DNA of 64,000 nucleotides from Octopus vulgaris (taxonomy: Eukaryota), in the NCBI GenBank assembly GCA_951406725.2, contig OX597826.1, forward strand, positions 4,092,001 through 4,156,000, in the 5' to 3' direction. The notes under the pieces are model-generated. The model was not told the DNA's origin. It did not search any database and worked only from the letters and a program-made list of their open reading frames with translations. Within the stretch, counting starts at the first letter, position 1. Each line of letters starts with the position of its first letter. The position numbers were made by a program, and so were the translations under genes. Positions 11,774 to 24,490 of the stretch are shown piece by piece.

Positions 11774-12068
11774 ATCACCGTGATCACTATGACCGACCAG
11801 GCTATCATCGTTGGTCATAAAACGCTTCGCATTGTTTTAGCCTTCTAATGACGCCACTGCGCTGGCTACGCGAGCAGGCAAGCAAAAGAAAGAATGAGAG
11901 AAATATGTGGCGAAAGAGCACACCAGTGATCCCCACCCCTGCCGGAGCCTCGTGGGACTTTTTAAGTGTTTTCGCTCAATAAACACTCACAACGCCCAGT
12001 CTGGAAATCGAAACCGCGACCCTACGATCGTGAGTCCGCTGCCCAATCCACTGGGCCATTGCAACTCC
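11774..12068 (-). mobile_element. Family-D tRNA-derived SINE, tail type 2
   Basis: Reverse-complement homolog of 22409-22718. Confidence 0.85.
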
Positions 12069-13050
12069 ACATATACAAATATATATAATTCAGTGGATAA
12101 TTTCTATACCTTAAGGTGGTTAGTTTAACCTCTATTTAAACTTATATATATGTATATGCTTCTTTGTCTCTGGTTTGGCTTCGCGAACAAATGTTTGCAT
12201 AGGGGAAAGTCCACGTTTGTTGTATGCTTCCTGATGTTCTGTGAGTCCAATTCCAGAGAAAGCAGCGCGTGCTTTGGAATTGAACATAAAAGTGACTCTG
12301 TAAAATGTTCTACCTTTATAGATGGTAAGTAAACGCATTATTTACCTACCATGTTATTACCTGCTTTTAGTTTCATTTCATGAGACTTTCTCAATGAACG
12401 AAAGCCTGTTTTGTGATGTTAATATAAACCTGGGTGGATTGCTCTTTTGAATAAATGATTACAGATATAAAAGAACTACTATCTTCTATTTTCAATGGCC
12501 TATATCCTGCTGCCTGTAGTTGCCAGGCTGCACAATTGCGACTACTGAGTGGAGCATCTCATAGCTCTCAAGCGGTGACAAAGTAATATGCTGTAGCTCG
12601 TTCTGGGGAAATACTCTTCGTTACTAGCTGGAATTATTTCACGATTCTGGGAGCTGTAAGATTTGGATAAATACATATTTGTGTGTATTTACACAGAATT
12701 ACATACATAAGTTGTATGTTATAGTTTGTGTGTGTGTGTGCGCGGAATAGTTTTATGGGGTTTATCCTACTTTAAACAATTCGTATTGACGAAGCAGCAC
12801 AACGAGCAAATAATTTTTGAGATTCGACTGGAAATTGAAACCGCGAAATATTTCTTAATTCCCAGAGAAAATATTTGAAATATTAGGCTACTCAATACCA
12901 CATTATACTATTGTCTAGTTAGCTTTGCAAATAGTGTTCGCGATTTGTATTTTAATAAACTTAATGTACCCCGTTGCACTGAGAGGAAATTGTCTGTGTC
13001 TGAAGCAGTGATTCAAATATAAATATATACAAAATGCAAACACGAATTAA

Positions 13051-13091
<41 letters not shown>

Positions 13092-13757
13092 ATGTCAGCT
13101 GACAGCTATGTGTGTTTGGAAGTCTGTTACCTATAGTTTATTACTTATAAATTGGCACGACAATTTATAGTTTACAATAAACAACAGCTTTCCACGTTTA
13201 GGCGGTATTTTCTTTTAAATTAGCATAGAACACATTTGGCCACATACGTCTAAGAATGTCTACTTAAAATACATTCATATGTGCATATGTGTACGTATAT
13301 GTGTGTGCTTGTGTGTCTAAATATAAAGAAAAATAGAAATAATGAATTTATCGCTTCTTAGTATAGTTTTTTTTACTTACAGATATACTAAAAAAAAGTA
13401 TTCGAATTTTCTTAAGGAAATGAATGAAACACAGCTTATATCATGTTATCTAGGTTTTAGCATTGTTGTCTCGCGCTGGAGAATCAATTTTTTCCTTTGA
13501 GGCGAATTTAAAGAAACGTTAACTTCTTTACTTCTTCGTTAAATTTGCATGATGGTAAAGTCGATAAATCGTCTACCCCAGTTAAAATTGTGCTCTGTGT
13601 CATCATAAAGAAATAACTTATTTTCATTACTTATAGATGCAGTTATGGTTGTGTGATTAAGAAGTTCGCTTTGTAATCGCGCTGTTTCCAGTTCAGTGCC
13701 ACAGTGCGGTAGTCTAACCATTATTATTATTATTATTATTATTATTATGATTATGTG

Positions 13758-14027
13758 ACGAAATCTCACAGCTCATTTTGCTGTGTATGATAGAAAGTGT
13801 CAACTATCCACAGCCAGCGAACTAATGTGACTCTTATTTTACTGGTCATTCTTCAAGATCCCTGCGAAGAATTCTTGAAGTTCCAGATGATGCTGAATTT
13901 TGTAGGGGTTCCACTTTCACACTTGCACCAAAGTTTTTCAACCATGTTGGTAGTTGTGTGCTGATACTTCCATATCCGCCAATTACTATTGGTATAACTT
14001 CTACTCTCCTCATTGCATTATTATTAA

Positions 14028-14076
<49 letters not shown>

Positions 14077-14830
14077 TGATGAAAACTCACAGCTTATTTT
14101 GCTGGCTATAATGGAAAATTTAAGCTGTCTACAGCCAGCAGAGTAAGGTGACACTTGTTTACTGATCGTGCTTCAAGAACTCTGCGAAGAATTCTTGCAG
14201 TTCCAAGCAATTCTGATTTTTGTACGTGTTTAGGTGTCCTACCTTCTCACTTGCACCAATCTCTTTTAGCTACGTTGGTAGTTGAATGTTGATACTTCCA
14301 ATCGCACCAATTACTATTGGTATATCATCTACTCTCTTCATTGACCACAACCTTCGTATTTTCCACTTCAAATCTCGCCATAATTGTTAATTTTTTCTTC
14401 CCCTTTCACATTGATCCTGCTGTCACCGGAGCATGCTTTGTCGATTATCATGCATGATCATTCTTTTTTATTCACCACAACATTGTCCGGTTTCCGATAT
14501 CTGGTCAGTTGATCACACTGGATCATTGTATCCCTCAAGATTTTGCAATTCTCATCTTAGGTTTTCTCATACCACATCTTTGCTTTCTGTAGGCCATAAC
14601 TTCCAGTCAGTTTTGAGCGCAACACCAACCTTAGTCTTCGGAAATACTCCATCTTCAGTTGCTCTTTCATTTACTTCTCCATTGTCTCGTTGGATTCTTG
14701 TACACCAAGGTATTTGTAGCCTTCCGTTTCTATTTGTTTCATCAAGTCTCTATTCAGTAATTCTATCCCTGCTAGGGACTGTACCTTTTTAGGTAGATTA
14801 TTCCGCGCTTCTTGAGTCCAAATTCCGTTC
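13758..14830 (-). mobile_element. R4/Dong-like RLE non-LTR retrotransposon 3' remnant with duplicated 3' end (13758-14014 and 14080-14830)
   Basis: Minus-strand peptides ENCKILRDTMIQCD..RKPDNVVVNKK..IIDKACSGDSRI..EEKI and VEVIPIVIGGYG..LQNSASSGTSRILRR match the PD-(D/E)xK restriction-like endonuclease C-terminus; both 3' ends abut (TTA)n. Confidence 0.8.
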
Positions 14831-15868
14831 TAATATCACTACTAAAACAATGGAGCGTATTCGTCGAAGTTGTATTTTTATCATTATTGTTATTATTGCT
14901 GTTGTTGTTGTTGGTGGTGGTGGTGTTTGTGGTGTTATTGTTGCTGTTATTCTTCTTCTTGTTATTGTAGCTGTTGTTAGTTGGTCGAAAGATAATGATG
15001 ATAAAGACGGAGTTTTTACTTCATGTCAGGCGATTGTAGATTAGATTCGATGAGGCATCAATCAAATCCAGTACGTATTCATGGCCGTGCGCCAAATTTC
15101 CAATTCATTATAATCATTATTTGTTAATCATCAGAGACGACTATATTTCAGGGACTAGCTTCAGCCGGAGTGTATGAAGTTTCTGCCAAATGGATATTTG
15201 TAATGTTCAATCACAAGGCTTCTGGTGTTTATACGAAAACATTTTTGTTTGTAACACTCTGTTTGAAATCGTTCTATTTACCAGAAACATCTGTAAACAT
15301 AGTAAGGCCCAAATCGATAGAAAATCAAATAAATTAGATATATGATTCGTATTTCCTTAGTCGATATTTCTGTTTGTGTACTTTCGAATGTTTGTGTGTA
15401 TATGAATGTGCACAGGATGAAGTAAGGGATACGTATAAGCGCTTGTAAATATGAAAAATAAATCCAAAAACGACAAAAAACAATCACAATATCTCAACTA
15501 GAAAAACGCATTTCGAGATAAAATGCTTAAATAAAACTATTAATAAATCCTAATACAGGCAAACAGTTGAGTATACTGAAGCAGGAGTTCTTCATTGATG
15601 CATTCCAAGAACCTAATTGCTCGGTGTTAAACACACACTGAAAATTGTTTAGTCCTTTTTTTTCTCTCATTGTTACACTTTAGTAACTGCAATTTGAATT
15701 TAAATGTTGTGCAACCATGCAGGGGTCACGCTTCGATGGCTTTAGAACAATCCACAGAGTAACAGACATAGTCTAAGTATAGTAATTACTCTCAGAATCC
15801 GACGGCGATTATCATAAGATGAGAGAAACAGACGCACAAACAAGCATGCGTGTAAGCGCTCTTATATT

Positions 15869-16123
<255 letters not shown>

Positions 16124-16231
16124 TGGTTGTATACTGTCAACTTAACGTGACAGTAAGGGAATTACACCACCGCTGTTTAGCCCTAGGAAGCATCGTACAC
16201 ATCTCTATGAGATATTTAGAAATTTAATATT

Positions 16232-16275
<44 letters not shown>

Positions 16276-16277
16276 AA

Positions 16278-16611
16278 GGCGCATTGCTCAGTACCTAGAG
16301 CGTCGAGCTTACGATCGTGAGGTTGAGGGTTCGATTCCCGTTCCGGGTTACGTGTTGTGTTGTTGAGCAAGACACTCTATTTCACGTTACTCCAGCTCAC
16401 TCAGCTGTAGAAATTAATTGCGACGTCACTGGTGCCAAGCTGAAGTGGACTTTGCCTTTCCCTTTGATAACATCGGTGTCGTCGAGAGGGGAGGCTAATA
16501 TGCATGGGTGACTGCTGGTCTTCCATAATAACAACCCTCGGTTATGCATTCGCCCAGACTTGTACCCCATCTCTTAGGCGGACCCAATGGTCTTTCGTGA
16601 CCGACGGAGTC
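16278..16611 (+). mobile_element. Family-C tRNA-derived SINE (Meta/MESC-like central domain)
   Basis: ggcgcattgctcagt..ggttcgattccc head; gttgtgttgttgagcaagacact body; homolog at 18240. Confidence 0.85.
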
Positions 16612-16614
16612 GAG

Positions 16615-16662
<48 letters not shown>

Positions 16663-17473
16663 CCTCATCTAATGATATATATATATATGTGACTGGTTTC
16701 CAAACAGTTTCAATCAAACAAATACACAAATAATACGTTGGTCGATTCAGAAATGCAGTAAAAACATTTCACCCAGTGCCTCAGAAAGGAACCGCTGACA
16801 TGGTTAAGTAGCGAATTTATATATCATAATCCCTGTTTTTGTGAAACTCTAGATGTATATTGTCAGACTGAATTTGAAGACAATAAGTGGCGATCGGTCG
16901 TCATTTCCGAATATATACAGAATCTTATGGTCTGCGATAGCAGCAGGACTATCTGAATATGACATCCCAGTGAAGGAGCAGAGTGATCGGTGGTGCGATC
17001 ACAACTGTTCAATGTGTAGTGGCAATTTAATTACAGGACTTATCTACTCAAAATAAAGAGAAAGACGGAAGAAAATAGAAGATATATTATGTGAAAATCA
17101 TAGTCGTCGCTCCACAAACTTCACAGCACGACAGGTAGCACATCCGAGCATACGAATGACAAAATGTAAAGGCCCTTCCTCAGTACTAATACATACATAC
17201 ATACACACATTCATACATACATACATACACACATACATACACACATACATGCATACATACATACTTATATGCATGTTTATGAGTGGGTATTTAGAAACTA
17301 CTATTTATTGTTTATTGATTCAAAAAATAATGAATATCGTCAATCGATTTCGAGCTTTATTGGCGACTCCTCAGTGGTTCCCAGATTTGGTGTTCGTCTG
17401 GAAGTTGGCAAAGACAAATTTTTCACTCACTGAAAAAAATTTGGAAGATTGTCTCGATTTAAAATATAGAGAT

Positions 17474-17521
17474 ATGTGTGTTTGCATTTGTATGTGTATG
17501 TGTGTATGTGTGTGTGTGTGC

Positions 17522-17565
<44 letters not shown>

Positions 17566-17575
17566 ATGTGTGTGT

Positions 17576-17669
<94 letters not shown>
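17474..17669. repeat. (TG)n microsatellite
   Basis: Directly visible. Confidence 0.97.
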
Positions 17670-17674
<5 letters not shown>

Positions 17675-17921
17675 CATTTACTTTCATGAGTTCATATATA
17701 GACAAAAATATACACGAAGATTTGTTAAGAATTTCCTGGCCTTAAGGGTGTCGAGAATGGCCTGGTTTGAGGCCAACATTCCGAATTCTTTTTCAGAGCT
17801 TAAAAAAACTGAAGGGCAGCTGCGATAAGTGTGTGAATCTAAGAGGCGAATATGTTGAATAAAATCATAATTAACTGATCCCCATGTTTTTTCCTTTACC
17901 CACAACTCCCTCTCGTATATA

Positions 17922-18151
17922 TATTTCTTTACTACCCACAAGGGGCTAAACGCAGAGGGGACAAACGAGGACAGACAAACGGATTAAGTCGATTATATCG
18001 ACCCCAGTGCGTAACTGGTACTTAATTTATCGACCCCAAAAGATGAAAGGCAAAGTCGACCACGGCGGAATTTGAACCAGAACGTAACGGCAGACGAAAT
18101 ACGGCTACGCATTTCGCCCGGCGCGCTAACGTTTCTGCCAGCTCGCCGCCT
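17922..18151 (-). mobile_element. Family-A SINE, full length (Nin/Deu-like central domain)
   Basis: Minus strand ggcggcgagctggcagaaacgttagc..ggttcaaattcc..gcctttcatc..ggggtcgataaattaagtaccag..gtaaagaaata. Confidence 0.9.
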
Positions 18152-18205
18152 TAAACGTACATTTGAGTAGAAATATATAAATATATATGTGCGTGAGTGT
18201 GTGTG

Positions 18206-18237
<32 letters not shown>

Positions 18238-18239
18238 AA

Positions 18240-18574
18240 GGCGCATGGCTCAGTGGTTAGAGTGTTGAGCTTACGATCGTGAGGTTGTGAGCTCGAATCC
18301 CAGACCGGGCCGCATGTTGTGTTCTTGAGTAAGACTCTTTATTTCACGTTGCTCCAGTTCACTCAGCTGTAAAAAAGAGTTGCGACGTCACAGGTTACAA
18401 GCTGTATTGGCCCCTTTGCCTTTCCCTTGAATAACACTGGGGACGTGGAGAGGGGAGGCCGTCATGCATGGGCGGCTGCTGGTCTTCCATAAACAACCTT
18501 GCCCAGACTTGTGCCTTGGAGGGTAACTTTCTTGGTGCAATCCCATGGTCTGTGTCGTGACCGAAGGGGGTCTC
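18240..18574 (+). mobile_element. Family-C tRNA-derived SINE, full length
   Basis: A box tggctcagtggtt, B-box-like gagctcgaatccc; aligns to 16278-16611 and 57151-57347. Confidence 0.9.
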
Positions 18575-18689
18575 AGAATATATATATATGTATATATATA
18601 TACTTATACAATTGCAGCATGGAAGGTGTTTGTAAGTCATTCAAGAAACACACAAAAGCCGTTCGATTCACTTCAACATTTAAGTTTAA

Positions 18690-18740
18690 TTTGTCAAAAT
18701 ATTTTCGTCGCTTTAAGGCCGCGACCTGTTCACTGACAAA
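18690..18740 (-). ncRNA. Minimal type I hammerhead-like motif with compensatory G3-C8 core
   Basis: Minus strand: tttgtca | GTGAACA | g-gtcgc ggccttaaa gcgac | GAAA | atat TT | tgacaaa; stem III is the palindrome AATATT. Confidence 0.6.
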
Positions 18741-18886
18741 AATCCGTGCTGCATCTGAGAAAGTAACAGTTAGTTCGTCATATATATGTACGTATGTATG
18801 TATGCACGCATGTGCATGCATGCATGTATGTATGTATGTATGTACGTACGTACGCATGTGTGTATGTATGTATGTATGTATGTATG

Positions 18887-18917
<31 letters not shown>

Positions 18918-19428
18918 GTATATGTGTGTGTATGTATGTATGTATGTATGTATGCATGTGTGTATATGCACGCACGCACACACTATAAACTTAAAGCTAT
19001 AAACCTGTAGTGGTGGATAGGTGTAGACTGACCACTCATCACAACAATATCAAATTTCACCCCACCCCCCCCGCCACGCCGAAACTAGGAAGTGATTTAC
19101 GACCTTTACCCCAACGACAGAACTCTAAAACCTATTATCAGCCACTCTATATCTCAAATCCTTTTGTTTCACTATTAATTATCTTTTTTTCCCCTTACAT
19201 CTAATTAGTTCAAGTTATATGTATATACGTACGTTTGTGTGTGTGTATGCACGTACGTACGCATGTGCGTATGTATGTATATGCGTATGTATGTATGTGC
19301 GTATGTATGTATGTATGTGTGTACATGTACGTGCGTATGTACGTGAGTATCTACAAGACCACGACCTGTAAGTGCATGTGAACATACGTTCACATGCACA
19401 TACAAATGTACACACACAGATGCGTATG

Positions 19429-19566
19429 CAGCAGGGATCGCCACCACCCCCTGCCGGAGCTTCGTGGAGCTTTAGGTGTTTTCGCTCAATAAACGCTCAC
19501 AACGCCCGGTCTGGGAATCGAAACCGCGATTCTACGACCGCGTGTCCACTGGGCCATTGCACCTCC
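19429..19566 (-). mobile_element. Family-D SINE head fragment
   Basis: Aligns to 5' half of 22409-22718 with an internal deletion. Confidence 0.85.
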
Positions 19567-19622
<56 letters not shown>

Positions 19623-19654
19623 CTATCTACCTAAGTATCTATCAACCTGTCTAC

Positions 19655-19732
<78 letters not shown>

Positions 19733-20443
19733 GTGTATCTACCTATCTAACTAACTATTTATTTATATTTGCGTGTGTGTGTGCATACATTCATTGCGTT
19801 CACATATATGGATATACTTGGATCTCTATATCTATTAAGTATATGTGTGTATGCATCCGAAAGTTTGTGAGCATGCTATCAAAGTGAGAGCGTGTATATA
19901 TATATATATAAGTCGTTGCTTAGAAACTTAGAAACAGAAGCGTATTTTCACATACGAACTACAACACACACAATACGCATACATACAGAAATATTTATTT
20001 AGATGCACACAATCTCTGATCTATATACACGCACACACTCTCTCAAAAATTAGACACATAAACCCATTTGTTTTAATTTTCACAAATATACACACAAAGA
20101 CATACAGAAACAATATAGACTCGGTTTACATGCACACGCATGCGTACGGAGACATAAGATGAAAGTGAGCACAAAATATTTGTCGTCAGACACTCGCGCA
20201 CGCCGCACACACACAGATTTTCACAGTCGTACAAATTGACATGCGTAACGCTTTCCTTATCTCTGAAGTACGGACACATGGGTGTACATGGAAAATTCCT
20301 GTTACCCTTTTATCTGTACATACGATACAGCTGTAATAAAGTATGCAATCGCACAGAAGCATAACACGAGCACAGTTAAACACAAACGCAATCACTAACA
20401 TAGACGTAGCTTCAGTCTCAAATATGTCTGTCAGCAAAAACTG

Positions 20444-20496
<53 letters not shown>

Positions 20497-21678
20497 TATA
20501 TCTATCTAATATATTTATATATATATCTATTACATATATATATATCTAATATAGTAATATATATATATCTAACATATATATATGTACATATATATATGCC
20601 TACATATATGTATATATATATATGTACATATGTATGCATGCATACACACATATGTATATGCATATTATATATATATATATGCACATAGGTATGTATGCAT
20701 ATACATATATATGCATATATATATATGTAAATATGCATGTACACATACATATGTTCTTATACATATATAAATATGCATATACATACATATATACATATGT
20801 GTATGTGTATGTGCATACGTTTATATGTGCGTGTGTGTGTGTGTACGTGTGATTGTGTATAATATTAACAATAATAAAATAAAGGATACAACCACCAAAA
20901 CCTACTCCAGCTAAGTATCCGCGAAAATTATGAAAGTCACATTGGCCATTTGTAATGCAGACATTTGAAATAGAGAAATTTTATGCGTTCCGTTCTCATA
21001 ATCTTTTTTGCTAATTAAAACATTAAAGATAGACCTTTACGTTCGCTTTCATTTATCTCTCATTTGAACTCTGTTTATAATTTTCATGATTATAATAACT
21101 GATTTACTATCATTACTTTTGCATTCCTGCTGCAATTTCCCCCGTTGGTTTGATGTTTATAGTGTAGTGGTTCGGTTGATGTTGTTCCTGTTGTTGTTGT
21201 TGATGTTGTTGTCTGTAGCGGCGGCGGCGGTGGTGGTGGTAGTGGTGGTGGTGGTTTTGGTGGTGCTGATGTTAGTGGTGTGATGTTTTAATGTGAGGCT
21301 CAGTACATGCAAACATATACATTCAATCATGCAGGTATACGTACAGAAATATCTGTATATATTCGTATGTACTTTTTTTATATATGTATATACACAAACA
21401 CACAAATATAATTATATACATATCTACATACAAATTCTTATTGACAAATGAAAATACAGAGAAATAAAGCGACACTTAGACACACATACACATATACTTA
21501 CATACATGTGTGTGTGTGTGTGTATGTATGTATATACTTAAACAGATATATATATATAATTATATATATATCTACATACCACTTCGTATTGAAAAATGAA
21601 AACACGGAGAAATGAAGCGACACTTACACACACACACACACACACGCACACACACACATACATACATACATATATCAT

Positions 21679-21717
<39 letters not shown>

Positions 21718-22186
21718 CAGAGAGAGAGAGAGAGTGAAATAGAGAGAGAGAAAGTGAGAGAGAGACATTTTTGAATATCTGTATATACTGCCATTTATAT
21801 ACAACTAGATATTCCATCACACACGCACACACACATATATGTGCCTTCATAAATGCTGACATGCATACACACGTACATTACACACATACACCAACCCATC
21901 TATATACTCAAAGGAAGCCACACCTACAACAAAAAATAACAAGCTAAAAACCTGAAATGAAAGAAAAATTCAGTAATTGTCGTAAAATATTATTTGATAG
22001 AATAAAATTAGCCTTTACTCTCCTTTCTCGACGTCACCTTCCTCCTGTTGCTAACTCTTAACTTTCCCATTGATGGTCAGGAATCAAAAGTTTGCCAAAC
22101 TCTGTTTCCAATTTGCAGTCTGTTCATTTTGTTTTACTCATATAAAACATGTTTATATTTTCTTTATTTTTCCCTTTCCTTTTCAA

Positions 22187-22267
<81 letters not shown>

Positions 22268-22270
22268 TAT

Positions 22271-22393
22271 GCGTAGGAGTGGCTATGTGATAAGTAGCTT
22301 GCTTAAGAACCACATCGTTCCGGCTTCAATCCCACTGCGTGGCACCTTGGGTAACTGTCTTCTACTATAGCCTCGGGCCGACCAAAGCCTTGT
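22271..22393 (+). mobile_element. Family-B SINE 5' half
   Basis: Aligns to 7317-7440. Confidence 0.85.
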
Positions 22394-22408
22394 ATATATA
22401 TATATAGT

Positions 22409-22718
22409 GGAGGCGCGATGGCCCAATGGATAGGGCAGCGGACTCGCGGTTATAGGATCGCGGTTTCGATTCTCAGACCGTACGTTGTGAGTGTTAATTG
22501 AGCGAAAATACCTAAAGCTCCACGGGGCTCCGGCAGCGGGTGGTGGCGATCGCTGGTGTAATCTTTCGCCACAACTTTCCTTCACTCTTCCTTCTGTTGG
22601 CCTGCTCGCTTAGTCAGCGGGGAGGCATCATTTGAAGGCTAAAACAATGCGAAGCGCATTGTGACCAGCGATGTGCAGCAACATCTGATAGCCTAGTCGG
22701 TCACGTGATCACGATGAT
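22409..22718 (+). mobile_element. Family-D tRNA-derived SINE, tail type 2
   Basis: ggaggcgcgatggcccaatgg..ggtttcgattctc head; ends in gatcacg repeats. Confidence 0.9.
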
Positions 22719-22892
22719 ATGTATATATATATACACATACATACATATATATACACATACATACATATATATACACATACATACATACAATCACACACAT
22801 ATTTATACAGGAAATTTTATGCGTTACATTTTCATAATCTTAATAAGCCAGCAGGCGTGTATTTATATGTACATACATATATGTGCGTGTGT

Positions 22893-22989
<97 letters not shown>

Positions 22990-24109
22990 TAGACAGATAC
23001 ATATATAGATATACATACGTACATGCGTGCATACATACGTATATCCATGGATACATCCATACGTGCATTGATACATAGATAAATAAATTCACAGATAGAT
23101 AAACAGACTGACAGACAGACGGACGGATAAATAGATAGATAGATAGATTGATAGATAGATGGATAGAAAAATAGATAATGTAAGGAAAAAATGAAAGAGA
23201 CAATGTATGATAAATCAGACCCGAAGATTTTTACATGAAAACTTTTTAGGCACATGATAATAAATCTTTTTCAAATTTTTCCTACTGTTATTGCTATTCC
23301 TGTTATTGATGATTTTAATACTTACGTAATACCTAGATGTTTATATATGTTCTATGTAGATGCATATAAATGCATATAGATACATACTTATATATACATA
23401 CATATACATATATATATAGCTATAAACACACTCATATATAGATATACTAATATGCATATATTTGTATATAGATATCATATTTGTGCACATGTGCGCATGC
23501 ATTTATATGGCGTTCTGTAGCAAATATATTTTGCATTGGCTCTGCTTTTATTGATGAAAATATAAAGAACTGAAAATATCGACTACGTATATAATGTCAG
23601 CTGAGAATTATGCTTCCTGTACCTTTTCCTTTCATGCTTCTGTCGTTGTTAATCTTGCTGCTTTTCTACCCATAATTCTTTTGAATATTTGCAACAGTTC
23701 TCTGCTAGACCGTTATACAAGTTCATTAAGATTTTACTAGAATCAAAGAATATAAATGTCGAAGCTAAAAACGAAAGCTCGTAAAGCTGATATTTCTTGC
23801 TGTGATAAACTGGTTCAAAAGTTTGGCATATAACTACTGACTTTTTTTGTTTCCGTAGAAACGTTCTCATCAATGTTGGTCTATTACAAGGAAATGCTCT
23901 GTGTTATGAGTCGAATAAAGTATTTCAAACCAATGAACCGCGTTTCCTTTCTACAATGATACTATTATGCTCACTGGTTTCTTGTAAACATAAAACATCT
24001 CATTGGAAGTCTTTTGAAACGGATGATATGTCTTCTGTCATTAAAGAGCATTGCTCAGTGTTTATTTAGGACATCCGTATTTGATATGGAAAATATATTA
24101 TGGATTCTC

Positions 24110-24490
24110 TGTCTTCTTTTTCATTGAGACACCAAGAAGAGCTGCTGCTCTTCGTCTTCTATTAATTAACGTGGTCTTTGATCGTTGTCTTCTCCCACTG
24201 AGCTAACCAGTAGAAGTACTCCTTTGCTCTCTCTCTCTCACGGAGACTAAGAAAGATATATTTTTTGTCATCTTTCTCATTGAGCTAATTAGAAGTCTTG
24301 TTCCTTTGCCTTCTTCCTCATTCACTTAAATAAACAATTGATCCTTTGTTCTCACTCACTGAGCCACATAGAAGATTTTGATATTTTACGTGCTTCATTA
24401 AATTAGCTAAAAATGTTATTCCAAGTTGACTCATTGATAATTAAAGCCACTGACCTTTCTATTCACTCTGCTGAGCGACCTAAAAAGGTC
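24110..24490. repeat. Highly decayed minisatellite, period about 40 bp
   Basis: Recurrent ctcaYtgagcta-like motif near 24120, 24195, 24237, 24276, 24317, 24355, 24430, 24468. Confidence 0.55.

Noticed and set aside
16278-16350. tRNA genes at SINE heads (also 18240, 22409, 56852, 50980)
   Set aside because: A/B boxes are present, but they continue into SINE bodies or are too decayed and lack a complete cloverleaf
21443-21635. Direct repeat of about 45 bp (aaatgaaaa..gagaaat..aagcgacactta)
   Set aside because: Ordinary small local duplication among microsatellites
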